Shown here piece after piece: positions 1 to 12,687 of a stretch of 64,000 bases of DNA. Every line of letters begins with the position of its first letter. The stretch's first letter is position 1. Under the pieces are notes generated by a model. The model was given only the letters and a program-made list of their open reading frames with translations, was not told the origin of the DNA and ran no database searches. Source of the stretch: Selaginella moellendorffii. Its lineage: Eukaryota > Plantae > Lycopodiophyta. The stretch is from contig NW_003314413.1 of NCBI RefSeq assembly GCF_000143415.4, positions 205,210 to 269,209 of the forward strand, given 5' to 3'. The translations under genes were made by a program, and so were the position numbers.

Positions 1-272
1 CCATACTCTATGTGTTGGCATAGGGAAGCACAAAAACCCTTTGTAGGCACCACATTACCATACATAATAGATAAACTCGTGATCTTCCTATATCAATGGA
101 ACTTACTACCAATTCTTCCAGTCTCGAGATGCCATGAAAATCAATGTTACAAATATATGCTGGACAGGAGCATCGATCTCTTTTTCCATAGAGCATCATC
201 AGCGATCAATCCAATCGTGAGTTATGAAAGTTTCTGGATCATCGTCACGGCTCTCCGAGCTGGATTTAAAAA

Positions 273-536
273 CTATATGACGGGAAGCGAGCTTCTAAAT
301 ATGATGATCATCATCCTTCTCACCGGTCGTGCTTGCCGAGCAAGGAGCAACGTTTCGTGGGTCCAGACATTGCAGAAAGATACACAGGAGAGGAGCACGT
401 ATTTCGTACTCCACTCCCGCGGGCGAAACGCCATTGTGGTGATGAGCTCCTCGGCAATTTCAAGGCGGCCGGATCGTCCGAGGATGTCCACCATGCAGCA
501 GGTGTTCTTTGAGAGTTTTGTGAGATGATCTCGCAC
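273..536 (-). pseudogene. PLS-class PPR gene remnant (C-terminal PPR/E-region fragment)
   Basis: Translation contains CCMVDILGRSGRLEIAEELITTMAFRP, typical of the last PPR motifs before the E domain; no long intact frame around it. Confidence 0.6.
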
Positions 537-718
537 TCCGCGCTGAACAGCAGATGCGCGCTAGTTTGCTGTGTTTGTGCCTGATCTGCAATAGGAGCTC
601 TCGCAGCCAAGAAAAAGCAAACGATCTGTCATCCAATATCAATAGTAATAGTCCAACAAAAAATGATATTATTCTTTTTGCCATGGGCAAACAATGTTAT
701 TGCTTGGAATCAGTAGGT

Positions 719-1733
719 CTAGAATGTCCTGGTAGAGTTTTGCTTTTGTTCCATTCTCCCGATCTCCACATCAGCCTTGCTTGTTGAGCGGGCATCACCT
801 TCGACTTGTTGGGCAGGCTTGCGGTAGCAAAAGTACAAGATCATTTGGAAAATTCCTCCAGCCAGCCCCAGTGTATTTGGAATCTAAGAATCCAAAATAC
901 TAAGATTAAGAATGCTATTAACAATCAAACTTACAATAATGTAGATATCCATAAGCAAAAAGGCATAGATGGTCCAGAAGGAGCTGTTGATCAGCACCAT
1001 GAGTGACAATAGAAAAGGCATGTATTCATTGCTTTTAGTTTTGATCACTAGCCACTGCAAAAGAAAGCACAAAGATCAACACCCAAAGATCCAAGGAAAT
1101 CAATTTATCTCACCATAACCGATAGTGGTGCATAGTACATTCCAATGTTGAGAACCACGCATGAAATCCCAAGGATGGTAATCCTGGTGGCTTTACTGTG
1201 AACACCAAGGATCACTCCTGCGCCCAATGCAGCCGTGGCCACAATATCAAACACGAAGATGCCCAAAATCTTTCTCTGCGTAATAGAACCAAAGATCATC
1301 AATGACTATTTCATCCGGAAGAAAGAAAAAACCCCAAAAAAAGGAGAGATATTTCCTTGGCTCACCCGAGCAGCCCAGGACGAAGCATAGTAGAGGAAGA
1401 GGAGAATGTAGACCGTCTGGATGACGATCCCGGAGCTATTGATGGTCATCACCAGGACGTTGCCCTTGTTGACGGGGAGGCCGTACAGGACCCAAAGCAA
1501 GCAATTAAGCAGGGTGGTGACATAGGGTATCCCAGAGAAGTCGAGGGTGGATTTCTTCTTCCTGATCGTGTTGAAAGTTTTCCTGGGGGTGATTGATTCG
1601 ATTAGCACCACAAAAGAGATCAGCATGCATGCAGGTGATAATCTGATTGAAAAAGTCCTCACGCTGGTACGAGGAACAAAACGAGTGCGGCAATGTTGCC
1701 GCAAATCCCAATGATCGTATCGGCTACACCCAT
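719..1733 (-). CDS. SWEET: SWEET (MtN3/saliva) sugar transporter, 5 exons: 1733-1663, 1582-1366, 1275-1114, 1054-935, 883-719
   Basis: Spliced product MGVADTIIGICGNIAALVLFLVP..TFNTIRKKKSTLDFSGIPYVTTLLNCLLWVLYGLP..YAPLSVM..VIKTKSNEYMPFLLSL..WTIYAFL..DIYIIIPNTLG; two MtN3 repeats; all introns GT-AG; stop TAG at 721-719. Confidence 0.93.
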
Positions 1734-2013
1734 TGCGCGAGGACGAAGAAGAAAAGAAGAAGAACGAGTAATTCACGGGGCACAGTGCTAGCACAATTAA
1801 GAAAGCTGGAGTTCCAGTTTTTGTAGCCTGGAAATAATCTTATCCACAGAATAAAATGGCGCTAATGGCATGCAGCGGAATATCCCACCCGAGCGGAATA
1901 TCCACCGTGGGGTGCTTCCTTTTCTTTGCTTTGCAAACCCTAGGAAGGGCGCTGGATGCGGGAGGCGAGCGCGCTCCACAGGCATGGTTTTTTTAGGGCA
2001 GGCGTAGGGCGCG
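1734..2013. promoter_or_regulatory. 280-bp divergent intergenic region with telo-box AAACCCTA (1935-1942)
   Basis: SWEET ATG at 1733 (-) and RNA-binding gene ATG at 2014 (+) face away from each other; telo-box motif read directly. Confidence 0.5.
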
Positions 2014-4922
2014 ATGGCGAGCGCTAGTGTGGAAGCGCAGGCACTGCAGCCGGAGGAGGCGCCGACCGCCCCTCCCACTTCTCCTCGTCCGCCTCTTGTT
2101 CCTCCGCCGCTGCCCGACGAGCAGGCGGACGATAGCAGGACGTTCCCGCTCGATGTCTCCAGCGCTGGGGCGGATCTCCTGCGCGGCACCGTCCAGACCA
2201 AGCTCTCGGAATTCATGGGGAGCTACACGGACGAAGTTCTTGCGGTATGTTTTGCCTCTGCTTCTTTTGCTCCGTTTGTTCATTGAGGGGAGGGAATGCA
2301 GGAGTATGTGGTGGTGCTGGTTGGGCATGGGAAGCAGCAAAAGCAAGCTACTGCGGACCTCGAGGCATTTCTCGGCGTTCAGAGCGAAGCGTTTGTGTCC
2401 TGGTAAGTTTCGTCTTCCTTTGTATTCCAGACCGGCGCAGTGGAAGTGAGAAGTTTTCCAGAAGTTTGTCGGGCTGTTTCCAGTTTTAAAAATTCTCTTA
2501 TTTTCTTGATTGTAGGCTTTGGGAGCACTTGACAGAAAATCTGCACGTTTACACCAAAGCAGGCGAGAAGAAGGCTGCAAACGATGCGCTACCAAAGGTA
2601 CATGGACTTGCTTTTGGTGAGTGTTTTTGACGTGCGTTGTTGCGTTTTCTAGGATACTCCGGAGGCTAAAGATAAAGGAGAGAATGAGAAGAAGGAGAAT
2701 CCGACGCAAGAGAATGCAAAGGAGGAGAATCATGTGACAAAGCGGGAGCCGCAAGCCTTGCGTCAAGAGCTAAAGCGTTCCCGCTCTCCAGAGGGTTGGG
2801 CGAGAAGGAGACGAAGTCGAGCGGAAGATAAGCCTTCCGCTATCGAGAGAGTTTCTCCTCCTCCTGCTCCTCCTGCTCCTCCTGCTCCACGATTGAAAGC
2901 TTCTCGGAGGCTACTTGAGTTCGCAGTCAGAGATGCCGTGGCTCCAGTTGGTGGCTCTAGAAGGGTGGCGGACGCAAACACAAAGCGGCTTAGATCTATT
3001 GTTGCAGGCTCGGCTGACCACGGTACGAAAATTCTGACCTTTTGTCTCTTGCCTTTTAGCTGACATGGTTTTCAAACGTAGAAAATGCGGGCGCTCCGTT
3101 GGACTCGAATGGCAAGCTGAAGGCACGGCCAGCTATAACAAAACCTGCAAAGAACTCGCCAGCCATGATGATAGCTCTGAAAGCTGCGGCTGCTGCTGCT
3201 GAGGACGTAAACAATAGGAAGGCGAGCAAGCCTGTTAGTCGATTTGCTGCGAGCATTTGGGATCGTCTTGGACACAAGAGTGATGAGGATGATCAACCTG
3301 ATCAAGACCTTGACGATGCTGACGAGATCACGGAAAAGATGGAATATGTGCATGTAGACAGCGCTCCACGGAATAGCAAGAGTGACCGACACACGCGAAA
3401 GAGTAGAACGGCGGACAGGCTTGGCTTGGTAGAACGACGTACAGCGGATACTGCTATGCCGCCACCACCACCAGCATCACATGACGCTTATGATCATGGG
3501 GAGCAGTTTGAGAGGCGGATTGAAGAGGTGCCTGAATCTCTGAACAAGAAAGAGCCTTCAAAACGACACACCTTGAGAAAGGAACGTCGCCAAAAGAAAG
3601 TGGAGGAGCCTCTGCAGTACAAGCGTGTGTTTCATACGGACGACGATACCAAGCACAAGGATATCTTACCATTGGAGAGAAGAACTAGTGTAGAACAGGA
3701 AAAGCTTGTGGATATACCCAACGGAAAGGGCCAAGATTTGCAGGTATACATCGTAGTATTTTTGTTTTTGTCTTGATAATCTACTCCTGTGTTTCCATTG
3801 TGCAGGATGTGACGGAGATGAAGAGGAGAATGCGGCAAGTGGAGCTTGAAGTAACTAAGTTGCGGACAAAGCAAGACGAAGCTGCCAAAGTTTCTGAAAA
3901 GTCCTCGGCACCACACCCTCCTGCGGCTACTACTAACATTCCTAGTGTTCCAGCTGCCACTACGTCTATGCAAACCGCACCTTTAACAAGTAAGTTACTC
4001 TGTTCCTTTCTTCTCTAGGAGCAGTCTCAAAATTTTAATTTCTCTTTTGCGAAACAGGTTTTAAAACGCCCCAGTCCTCATCAGATGATACTGATTCCAA
4101 GGTTATTCTGGTGACCAACGTAAGCAGCTCGCTTTTCTCGTTTATAGAAGGGTTACCGTTTTTATCTGTTTCCAGGTGCACTTCGCGACCACGAAGGAAG
4201 CTATTTCCACGCATTTTGGTTCCTGTGGCGAGGTTGTAAAGGTGACAATGCTAACGGATGGAGTATCCGGCAAACCCAAGGGGTGCGTGCATTGTTTATA
4301 TTTCTTTTTTCAACACCATCTGAAACGGTAACACTCACAGGTCTGCGTATGTGGAGTTTTCATCCAAGGACGCAGCCGACAGGGCCCTGTCTCTAAACGA
4401 GTCGAGTTTACTTTCGAGACCCATACGGGTAAGCCTTGTGTTTAAAATGGGAACTCGCTCCGTCATTGACACTTTTCCCCTTCTCAGGTAGCTCGAAAGG
4501 ATGCTAACGTAGCAGAAACCAGTAGCCCAGCAGCAGCAGTCATGCGGCCTCGGCCACCAGTCCGAATGCCCATGAGAGCAGCGTTCCCGCGAGCAGCGTT
4601 TATGAGGGGGTCACCGTATATGATGAGGCCACCGCCCCGTCTGGTAAGGCCTCCTTACCCCGTAGGTGCTCCACATTTACAGTGGAAACGAGATGGTGGC
4701 GCCAGCCAAATGGGGCCGTCGAGCGCAGCAAAGAATGGCTTTCGGTCAAGCGTGGGGCCGATCAGACTGAAGCGGTCCCTTTCATATGTCCGGCCAGTGG
4801 TACCAGTGACACCGACGCCCCCTGAGGCAACAGCAGCGCCAGCGGCAGCAGCAGCTACAACGGCAGCGGCAGGAACAGCGGCAGCCTTGTCAACAAGTAC
4901 AGAGACTCAGAAAGGAAGTTAA
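2014..4922 (+). CDS. Multi-exon RNA-binding protein: N-terminal PWI-like domain, central charged/coiled region, C-terminal PABPN1-type RRM
   Basis: Spliced N-terminus KLSEFMGSYTDEVLAEYVVVLVGHGKQQKQATADLEAFLGVQSEAFVSWLWEHL (PWI-like). RRM assembled from exons ~4058-4430: VILVTNVHFATTKEAISTHFGSCGEVVKVTMLTDGVSGKPKGSAYVEFSSKDAADRALSLNES. Stop TAA at 4920-4922. Confidence 0.85.
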
Positions 4923-6667
4923 GGTGGAGAACGAAGTAAGAACAACAGGGAAAAAACGAAGAAGCGATGGAGGAGCTAAAGCTCTCTCTATATACTGGGT
5001 TTCACCTGAAGATGAAAAGGCTGCGAGTGTTCTACTGGAAGAGAAAAGTTTTGGCAGCATAGCTTTGCTCGGGAATGGGGGGAGGGGATGGATCGAAGCT
5101 GTGGCGGTGTGATGGAAGGAGAGATTTCGGAGCTTGTTCCTACGGTGATTTGTATCGTCGGTGGTGATTTTTACGAAGGGAAAAGCAAGCCGGCAAGTTT
5201 TCTAGCTGTGGTGGTGGTGAAGATTTGTGGGAGGCATATATTTTGTTTGAGTGTTTCTTAGATGCTTTTTATTTAACTTAGCCTGGTTCTTTGATTTGTA
5301 TGGTTGTGTCAAAGGATCTTCCAGCTATTGGGCGATCAATCAAAAAATTCTTATATACTCTTCTCCCCTCCTTTTTTTATTAGAATAGTGTTCTCTACCA
5401 CTACTACTAACGTGACCATCATCACCTCCACCTGGAATTAAATGTTGGAAGAGCGGTCGTTATCGTCTCTAAGAATCATCGTGGAATGGACGTGCCTCCC
5501 TGCGTGCCCGGATTAACTTAGTTCTATCACTAGACAAATCAAAAGAAGATCAAACTCAGAATTCTTACTCTAGCTTGCAAACTTAGAAATCAAACACAGC
5601 TGGTTTGATGATGCCCTTTGTTGCGTGAAAGATCAAACTATAGGAATGTGTATTGTACGGCGTAAAATAACTCGAGGGTGGCAAGTTTGTCAATATGTAG
5701 CCAGCAGTGGCATGTGGGGGCAGAGAGATTTTAGTTTGCGCAACGTCAAAACCGGACGGCGACGATTCGAATGATCCGGGCGGCATATTCGCCCGCCACC
5801 TTTTGCAGCATCTTTAACTTTTCTTTTGTAAGGCCGTCATGTGACCGCGCGCGAAACTTAAAACTTGAAAAATCGAAAAGGCTTTTACAAACTCCCACAT
5901 TTAAAGATGCGGTGGGGGGTGAGTGCTAGTCACGTTAAAATGCCCAGGTTTTTTTACCCGCGGCGCGCCACCACGCTTAACCCCCCCTTAACCGGCGGCG
6001 CCGCCTGGCACCGGTGGCGCGATCGGCAGCGTCGGTTTTAAACCCAGCGGCTGCGATTGCGACACGCTGGCCACTGCTCAGCGGTCGTCTTTTTGGCGTC
6101 AGGATGGCGAGCTGGCGCCCACGATCTATGCGCTCACTCACAACAAAAAAATTCACCTACCTTTTTTTTTAAAATAAAAACTCAAAATAAAGGTAAAAAA
6201 AAAAGGGGACCCAACAATGGAAGAACATGGGAAGGATCATCCCAACCCCAAAAATGCCTGAAGCGGGCATTCAAATTTTTTAGGGGAGCGGAGCCTTAGA
6301 GCTGAGCTTTTCTTTGTTGCCATTTTCCGCCTCATACGAGAAAGGAAGCAGCAAGAACTCACTCTCTCACTCACACTCTCTCAATCTCTCCTCTTTGCTT
6401 CTCTCTTTCCTCTCCTCCTTTCGATTCGAGCGAGAGCTAAAGAACAACTTCCAGGAACTCTGGACGAGAAACCTTGTTTGGTTTGGAGGGTAGGATTGAT
6501 TTAGATTGATCATATAAGGAGCGCCCACATTTCTATTTGGGCGATTGCGCGACCCATTTTGGTCCGCCCAGGTAAAGCCCAGCTCTTTTATTTGTGTTCT
6601 TCGTGTTCTCCCCATCTTTTCTCTCGCATTCGCATGAATTTGTGATGACAAATCCATTGACGGGGCC

Positions 6668-8288
6668 ATGCTTGATCAGGTCGGCTGGAAATCGTCCACT
6701 GCCAAGGACCCATTTGAGCGACCGAGGAGGATGATGGAGGTGGCGAGCACATTCGTCGACAAGTCCCAGCAGCAGCAGCAGCAGGAGAGCGGCGCCGCTA
6801 AGAGGGCGGCGGCTGTGACGGCGTGGGAGCCCGAGACTGGCAGCATTCTCGACCCGTTTCATATCGAGGACCTCTTGGATTTCTCCAACGAGGACATTGC
6901 CGGGCCGATTGGCGAGGAAGTCCACCACCAGAATTCCATCGCCGCTGCCAGCGCCGCTCCCATTGCTCCTCCCGCCGCGCAACAACATCACCACCACCAC
7001 CAGCACCACCATGGCATCGAGCAACAGCCCAGCAACGAATTCCCCATCGATGTAAGAGCCATTCACTTCTATTTCCTCGCGTTCCCGCTGGAAGAACACC
7101 ATCTAAACGTCTTCTCTTTTGTTCTTCCAGTGCGATGAGATGCCTGAGCTGGAATGGCTCTCGAGCCTCGTCGACGATGACACTTTCACCAACATGGGCG
7201 ATGAATTGCACAAGAGTATGTTCATTGGGAGCAAAGGATCGAGCTTCGCAAGCTCCTCCATCATCAACAGCAGCGCCGCCACCAACACAACCACCACGAA
7301 CAAGAGAAACATCGACAGCCTCCTCCTGCTGGACGACATCACCACCACCACCACCACCACGACGATCGCCACGACGGGCAGCAAAGATAAGTTCCAAGTC
7401 GGGAGTCCCATCTCGGTGCTGGAGAGCAGCAGCGCCACCTCGGGCAGGCTGGCGGCCGCCAAGGACTTGTCCGTGCCGGGGCGGCCCCGGAGCAAGCGGC
7501 TGCGCAGCTCCTCGACATGGAACACGAGCTCCTCGTCGCTCATCAATCCGGGCAGCAGCAGCAGCAGCGGTGGCGGCGGCGGCGGCGGTGTCGTGGGTGG
7601 CGGCGGCGAGGCCATCATGATCATCAACACCACCACCGGGAACAATGTGACGAGCTTCTCGTCGTCCCCGGCCACGAGCTCCATCTCGGACAAGGACCTG
7701 GCGTCCTCGGACGAGCAAGACGCGGTGGAGTCGTCCACTATCAAGCCCGACACCATCACCGCCGGCGGCTCGACCTCCTCCGCCACCTCCCCCTCCTCCT
7801 CCTCCGCCTCGTCGCTGTGCAACACCAACAAGACCTCCATCGCTGCCGTCGCCACCGGCAAGCCGCCACTGGGCTCCTCGATCATCGCGTCCACGAACGG
7901 CCCAGCCGCCGGAGGAGGAATGACAATCGGAGGAGTGGAAGTCCAGCCACGGAGGTGTACGCACTGCTTGAGCCAGAAGACCCCGCAATGGCGAGCCGGG
8001 CCCGAGGGGCCCAAGACGCTGTGCAACGCGTGTGGCGTGAGGTTTAAGTCGGGCAGACTCTTCCCCGAGTATAGGCCGGCTCTCAGCCCGACCTTCCTGT
8101 CCGAGGTCCACTCCAATTCCCACAGGAAGGTGCTGGAGATGCGGCGCCAAAAGGAGTCGTCACATCCGCGCTTCTTGGGCCCGAGCCCGCGCAGCCCGAG
8201 CTTGAGCCCGAGCTCCAGCTCGGCCCCGGCACCGACCGGTGGAGAGGTCCTAGACGGTGGCTTGATTTACAACGTCGTGCAGAGCTAG
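6668..8288 (+). CDS. GATA: Class A GATA zinc-finger transcription factor, 2 coding exons (intron 7052-7130); start may instead be ATG 6731
   Basis: C-X2-C-X18-C-X2-C finger [59 protein letters not shown]; class-A motifs [35 protein letters not shown]. Confidence 0.93.
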
Positions 8289-10692
8289 GCGAGGGAGAGA
8301 GCGGAGGCTTTCTGGCCAGGATACAGGAGAACCATGTCTCTGGGATGGTTTTGGCTTTGCGAAAGTTGGCGGAGAGCCCAGTTTTGGGATTGGATTCATT
8401 GGATTGATCACCAATTCGTGGTCTGCTACTACAACAGAGCTCTCGGGCATTTGTTTTGGAGATGGGAGAGCTCGAGCCGAGACGAGCGAGGAAAGTTTGT
8501 AGAAGGGACGGGGAAGCATCCGTCCGTGTGCCGGTCTGGTCGGTCAGGGCAGGATTGATTGTCCATTGCAGATTCAATGGGGCAGGGTAGGGGTGCCAGC
8601 ATACGGCGCGAGTACGGAACTTATGCCGTGTGATCGGTGATCTTCTTCTCTCTCTCTCTCTCTGGCGCCGCTCGCTTTGGTTTTCTTTTCTGGTGGACTT
8701 GTCGGTGATCGATCATCGTCATTGTCATCGAAGTTGAGTCGAGTCGATTCCATTCTCTCTCTCTCTCTCTTTCTCTCTACTTCATATTTTTTTTGCTTTT
8801 TTCCCAGCTCTCCCTTTCCAACGTAGATGGCTAGCAAAGCTGCTTAGTTTAAGCTCTGTGCCCTCCAGGGACAGGCCTTGTCTTCCAGCTTTAAGTTAAG
8901 AGATTGATGATGAAGAAAGTTGATTGATTCTAAACTCTATGGTTTTTGCCGAGAAGATTTTGGAGGTATTTTCTCTTTCACCGCAATTACCTGTTCAAGG
9001 CGAGTGAATGTGGGAAGTGATTTCAACTTCTTGTTGCTTGTTCGTGCACGGACAAAACGCTGTGCTTGTTGCGCTGGCTGCGTGCAGCAAGCAAGGGCGA
9101 TCCGAGCTGTGCTGTGATTGCTGCTTGTTTTTAATGCCTATTCTCTTTCCTCCCTCTTCCAAAAAGCTGAAAATCTGCACTGCACACCACCATGTCCATC
9201 CAGTCTTCCCCGGTTTGTAGTGTTTTTCGCGGCGTTCTTCCCTCTTTCGTCCTCATGGGCTGGGCTGGGCTGGGCTGGGCTGGGCGAGAATTTGAATTTC
9301 AATTGCAGCGAGCCCAGAGAGATTGATGAAAGGTGGCGGAAGTGGCCGGGAAGATATACTACAAAAAGAAAAAAGAAATATTCTGAGCAAGAAAAATATC
9401 GCCGCATTCACGACAGTGCAAGGGGAGAGAAAAAGAAATCCCTTGTTCCTATTTCCTTGAATGCTTTGTGTGGTTTTGGAATTTGCGAGTTTCCGATAGC
9501 ATTTAGATCGAAAGAAGAATCAAATTATGAGAATTTAGCAAAAGAAAGCTGGAGAATATCATGGCATTTTTCTTAATTCCTTTCAATGTTTTCCAATCCT
9601 GATGATGAAAATGCAGCCGCTAAGGTCCCCCCCGAATCCTCCCACGGTATAATTTAGGTGGGACATTGCATCCATACCTTGAAGTAGAAGGGAAGGTAGC
9701 GAGTTAATGTTGTCGGGTGCTCCATAGAAAGCGACTCAAGGCCGTCTGTGTGCGCCAACCCCACTGGGACTGTGCTCTATGCCTCGTGGTGTCGGTTGTT
9801 TCCTTGGAAAGAAAAGAAAAAATCAACTCCAAAATTGTTGTAATCTTCCAGTTTGTTAAGATAATCTTGATTGATTCGTGGGTGGCAGCAGATGCAAATG
9901 GGTCTGCGCCCTGAATGTAAAGTCGTTCTCCGGTACGTGCCATGCAAAGGTGGCAAAGCGCGCATGCATGCATGTGGGGGTCAAGGTTTGAAGTGTATAA
10001 TTTTGCGGCGAACGTACTCCGCTTTTGTTGTGGTTAGGGCATTTGTTTTGACGGAGGTGCACGCGGGTGCGAACATGGGCAGTGCAGAAGGAGCAATGCA
10101 AATTTAACCATTTCTGGGCACTTTGGCCACATGCATCCACCTGAAAGCAAACTTATTTATCATCGCAAAGATATCAGCGGGGAAAAGAGGGGGAGGGAAG
10201 AAAAAAATGATTTTCTGCTGTGCAAATTGCAACCTTTGGTGTGTTGCTGCTGGCTCGATAATCAAATGAGTTCCTGATTCGATCCACCAGAGCGTGCAAG
10301 TGCCTGGATTATACTGGGCCGCAAAGAAATGTTTAGAGAGGCCTAGTGCTCGCAAATCGCGCGGTGTGATCCTTGAGGAACTTGTAAAGTACTTGTGATA
10401 ATCCACAAGCTAAAAGAAAAGGAGAAGCGAGGGCCAAGTTGGCCAGTCCAAGATGCCATCATTCAATTCCAATTCAATCCCGCGGGGGTGGACTTGACAA
10501 GAAATGGCGCCTCTGCGACGCGCATGTGCCACAAAAGGCGTCAAACAGCTGGGAAGTTTAAACTAGAACCCTAATCCACACTTTTAAACAGAAAAAAGAA
10601 AAAAAAATCGTTCGTACGGAGACCTCTGTACGGCACGTTGCGAATGAGGTCCGGGTTTCGAGTTCTCGCGGATAAGATTAAAAATTTCCAAA

Positions 10693-12672
10693 ATGGCTAT
10701 GGCGGGCATTGGCATTGGGCTAGGGTATCGGCCGCGATGGAGGTGGAGCGGCGCTGGATGCCGCAGCGCTGGATTCGGGAGGGCCGAAGTCCAGCAGCTG
10801 GACGCCGTGCGCATCGGTACGTTCTCGCAGCAGCAGCAGCGCCGGGGATTGAATTCCGGGAATGGAGGCGCCGGGGCGGATGCGGTGCTCAAGCAGATCG
10901 AGGACATCGGGATCGGGCTAAGCCAGATATCGCGGTGCCGCATTTCCGGCCAGAATATCCAGGAGCGAGTGAATCGCCTGGTGGACAGGCTCGATTTGCT
11001 GACCAAGGGCGTGGAGCAAGCAATGTATGGTGGAAGAAGCGTCCCACCGCAGCTCTTGGCGGCTTTAAATGTAAGTTTTCTTCCTTTGCCTCTTGCGGTG
11101 GTGGAGTAGCCTATAACTCGTGTTCTTTGGTTTCTCTCTTTCTTTCAGGCTCTGCAAAGAGAGCAATGCTCGTTGGCTAACATAATTCGCCTGGCCACGG
11201 CCTCTACTTCCATCGTTCCTTACGCCGACGAGGACGAGGAAGTTGTGGCTGCGGAGTTAGTCACCGACAAGTCAAGCGAGGATGTTATGAACTCGTTGAA
11301 GCGTGAAAGCGCGCTCGTTCCTGTCACCAAGCCCGTTTATGAGATGAGTGCGCCAGTCACCAAGGTCAGCAACCAGCCATCTTTCTTGCTCGCGTCTCAC
11401 AAGTCTTTTGTGCGTTACGTAGCGATCGCTTTATTCACTCCTCTCTCTTGTTTTCGTTCTAGACTGCGACTATGGCTTCCGTTCGAGCGGAGATTGAGCG
11501 ACGAGTTATTCAACAGGTACAGCTGAACGACCCGACTTTTCTCGTTGTCGGTTACTACTTCATTAATGACGCTCCTATTTGGTGGTCGTTTTTTTCAGCT
11601 CACGGCCAGGGATGTTGGAATGTTTAACGAAGAGCCATTGAATTTCGGACAAAGACCGGGGGCCGAAGACATTACTGGTTTGGACGACGGAGTGAAAGCG
11701 TTGAAGTCTGAGGTACAGAAAGCGGAGGTTGCGGAGCAGCAGCTACGCAGGCTTGAGACAGCGCTCGTCCAAACAGTTCCTCTGGAGGTTCATGAGTCAG
11801 TGGTAATACTTTATGAGGCATTTGCGTTTTGATCTTTTCGATATATAAAATGTGCCAGATAAAAAAGCTACAGGAGTCTTTACAAGAAACGCAGTCCACT
11901 GTGCTGCAGTTGACAAGAGAGCTGGCCGAGAAAGAAAATATTCTGAGTACTGTGAAGAAAGATCTCCTCAAAGAACAAGGGGAGTTTGTGGCCAAGGTAT
12001 ATGTATCTGATGTCTTTTTCATTAACTTACTGCTAAATTGCTATGCTTTCAAAGGTGTCTCAGCTGAGAGGTGAAATTGCCGAACGAGCGACCAACATGG
12101 AAGACCTGCAACTCGCTGTAAATGACGTGGTGGAAGAATTTTCTCACGGACTGCAGGAAATACAGAAAAAGGCAGCAGTGCTGGCAGCTGAACTTGATAA
12201 TAAGGAGAAGCTTTTGAATCAGTTAAGGAAGGATTGGAAAGCCGAAACAAGGAGCCTGCGCAAGAAGCTGGCCAAGGCCCGGAAACAGATGAAGGAGCTC
12301 GAGGAAATAAGACAGGCCGAACAGGCGGAGCTTAAGGAAGCAAAGAATAGAATCGTTGTGTTAGAAGACGAGCTCACTATAGTCCGGAAAAACTACGAGG
12401 AAGCTGAGGAAAACAGGAGAAGGCAGAAGCAGGAATCTTTGGCCAGAATGAAAACTTTGATTGCGGAGATGGTTAAGATCTCACGGGCGAGATCTCAGAG
12501 AGAACTACAGGTTGCTGAATTATTGAAAGACGTGAGCAAAGAACAAACTCGTCGCCGCAAATTGCTACCAGCTGGAGGATTGCCATCTAGTGACAAGATG
12601 AAAGCCCTTCAGAGCTTTTTCTCCCTCATGAAGGACTTATTGTCACGGACGAAGGCGAGCGACGACAAGTAA
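10693..12672 (+). CDS. Unassigned multi-exon coiled-coil protein with possible organellar transit peptide
   Basis: Chain of GT-AG-bounded exons ending in a long E/K/L-rich heptad-like exon (about 12055-12672, TAA); R/G/S-rich N-terminus; AACCCTAA motif at 10567. No family recognised. Confidence 0.6.
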
Positions 12673-12687
12673 TGAGGACGAAGAATC

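Noticed and set aside
6798-8150. Long antisense ORFs over GATA (450 aa); similarly 43109-44311 over the chitinase and those over MMP
   Set aside because: Shadow frames of GC-rich coding sequence with no recognisable domains.
8840-8900. Possible miRNA hairpin downstream of GATA
   Set aside because: Pairing is short and imperfect, and I recognise no conserved mature miRNA.
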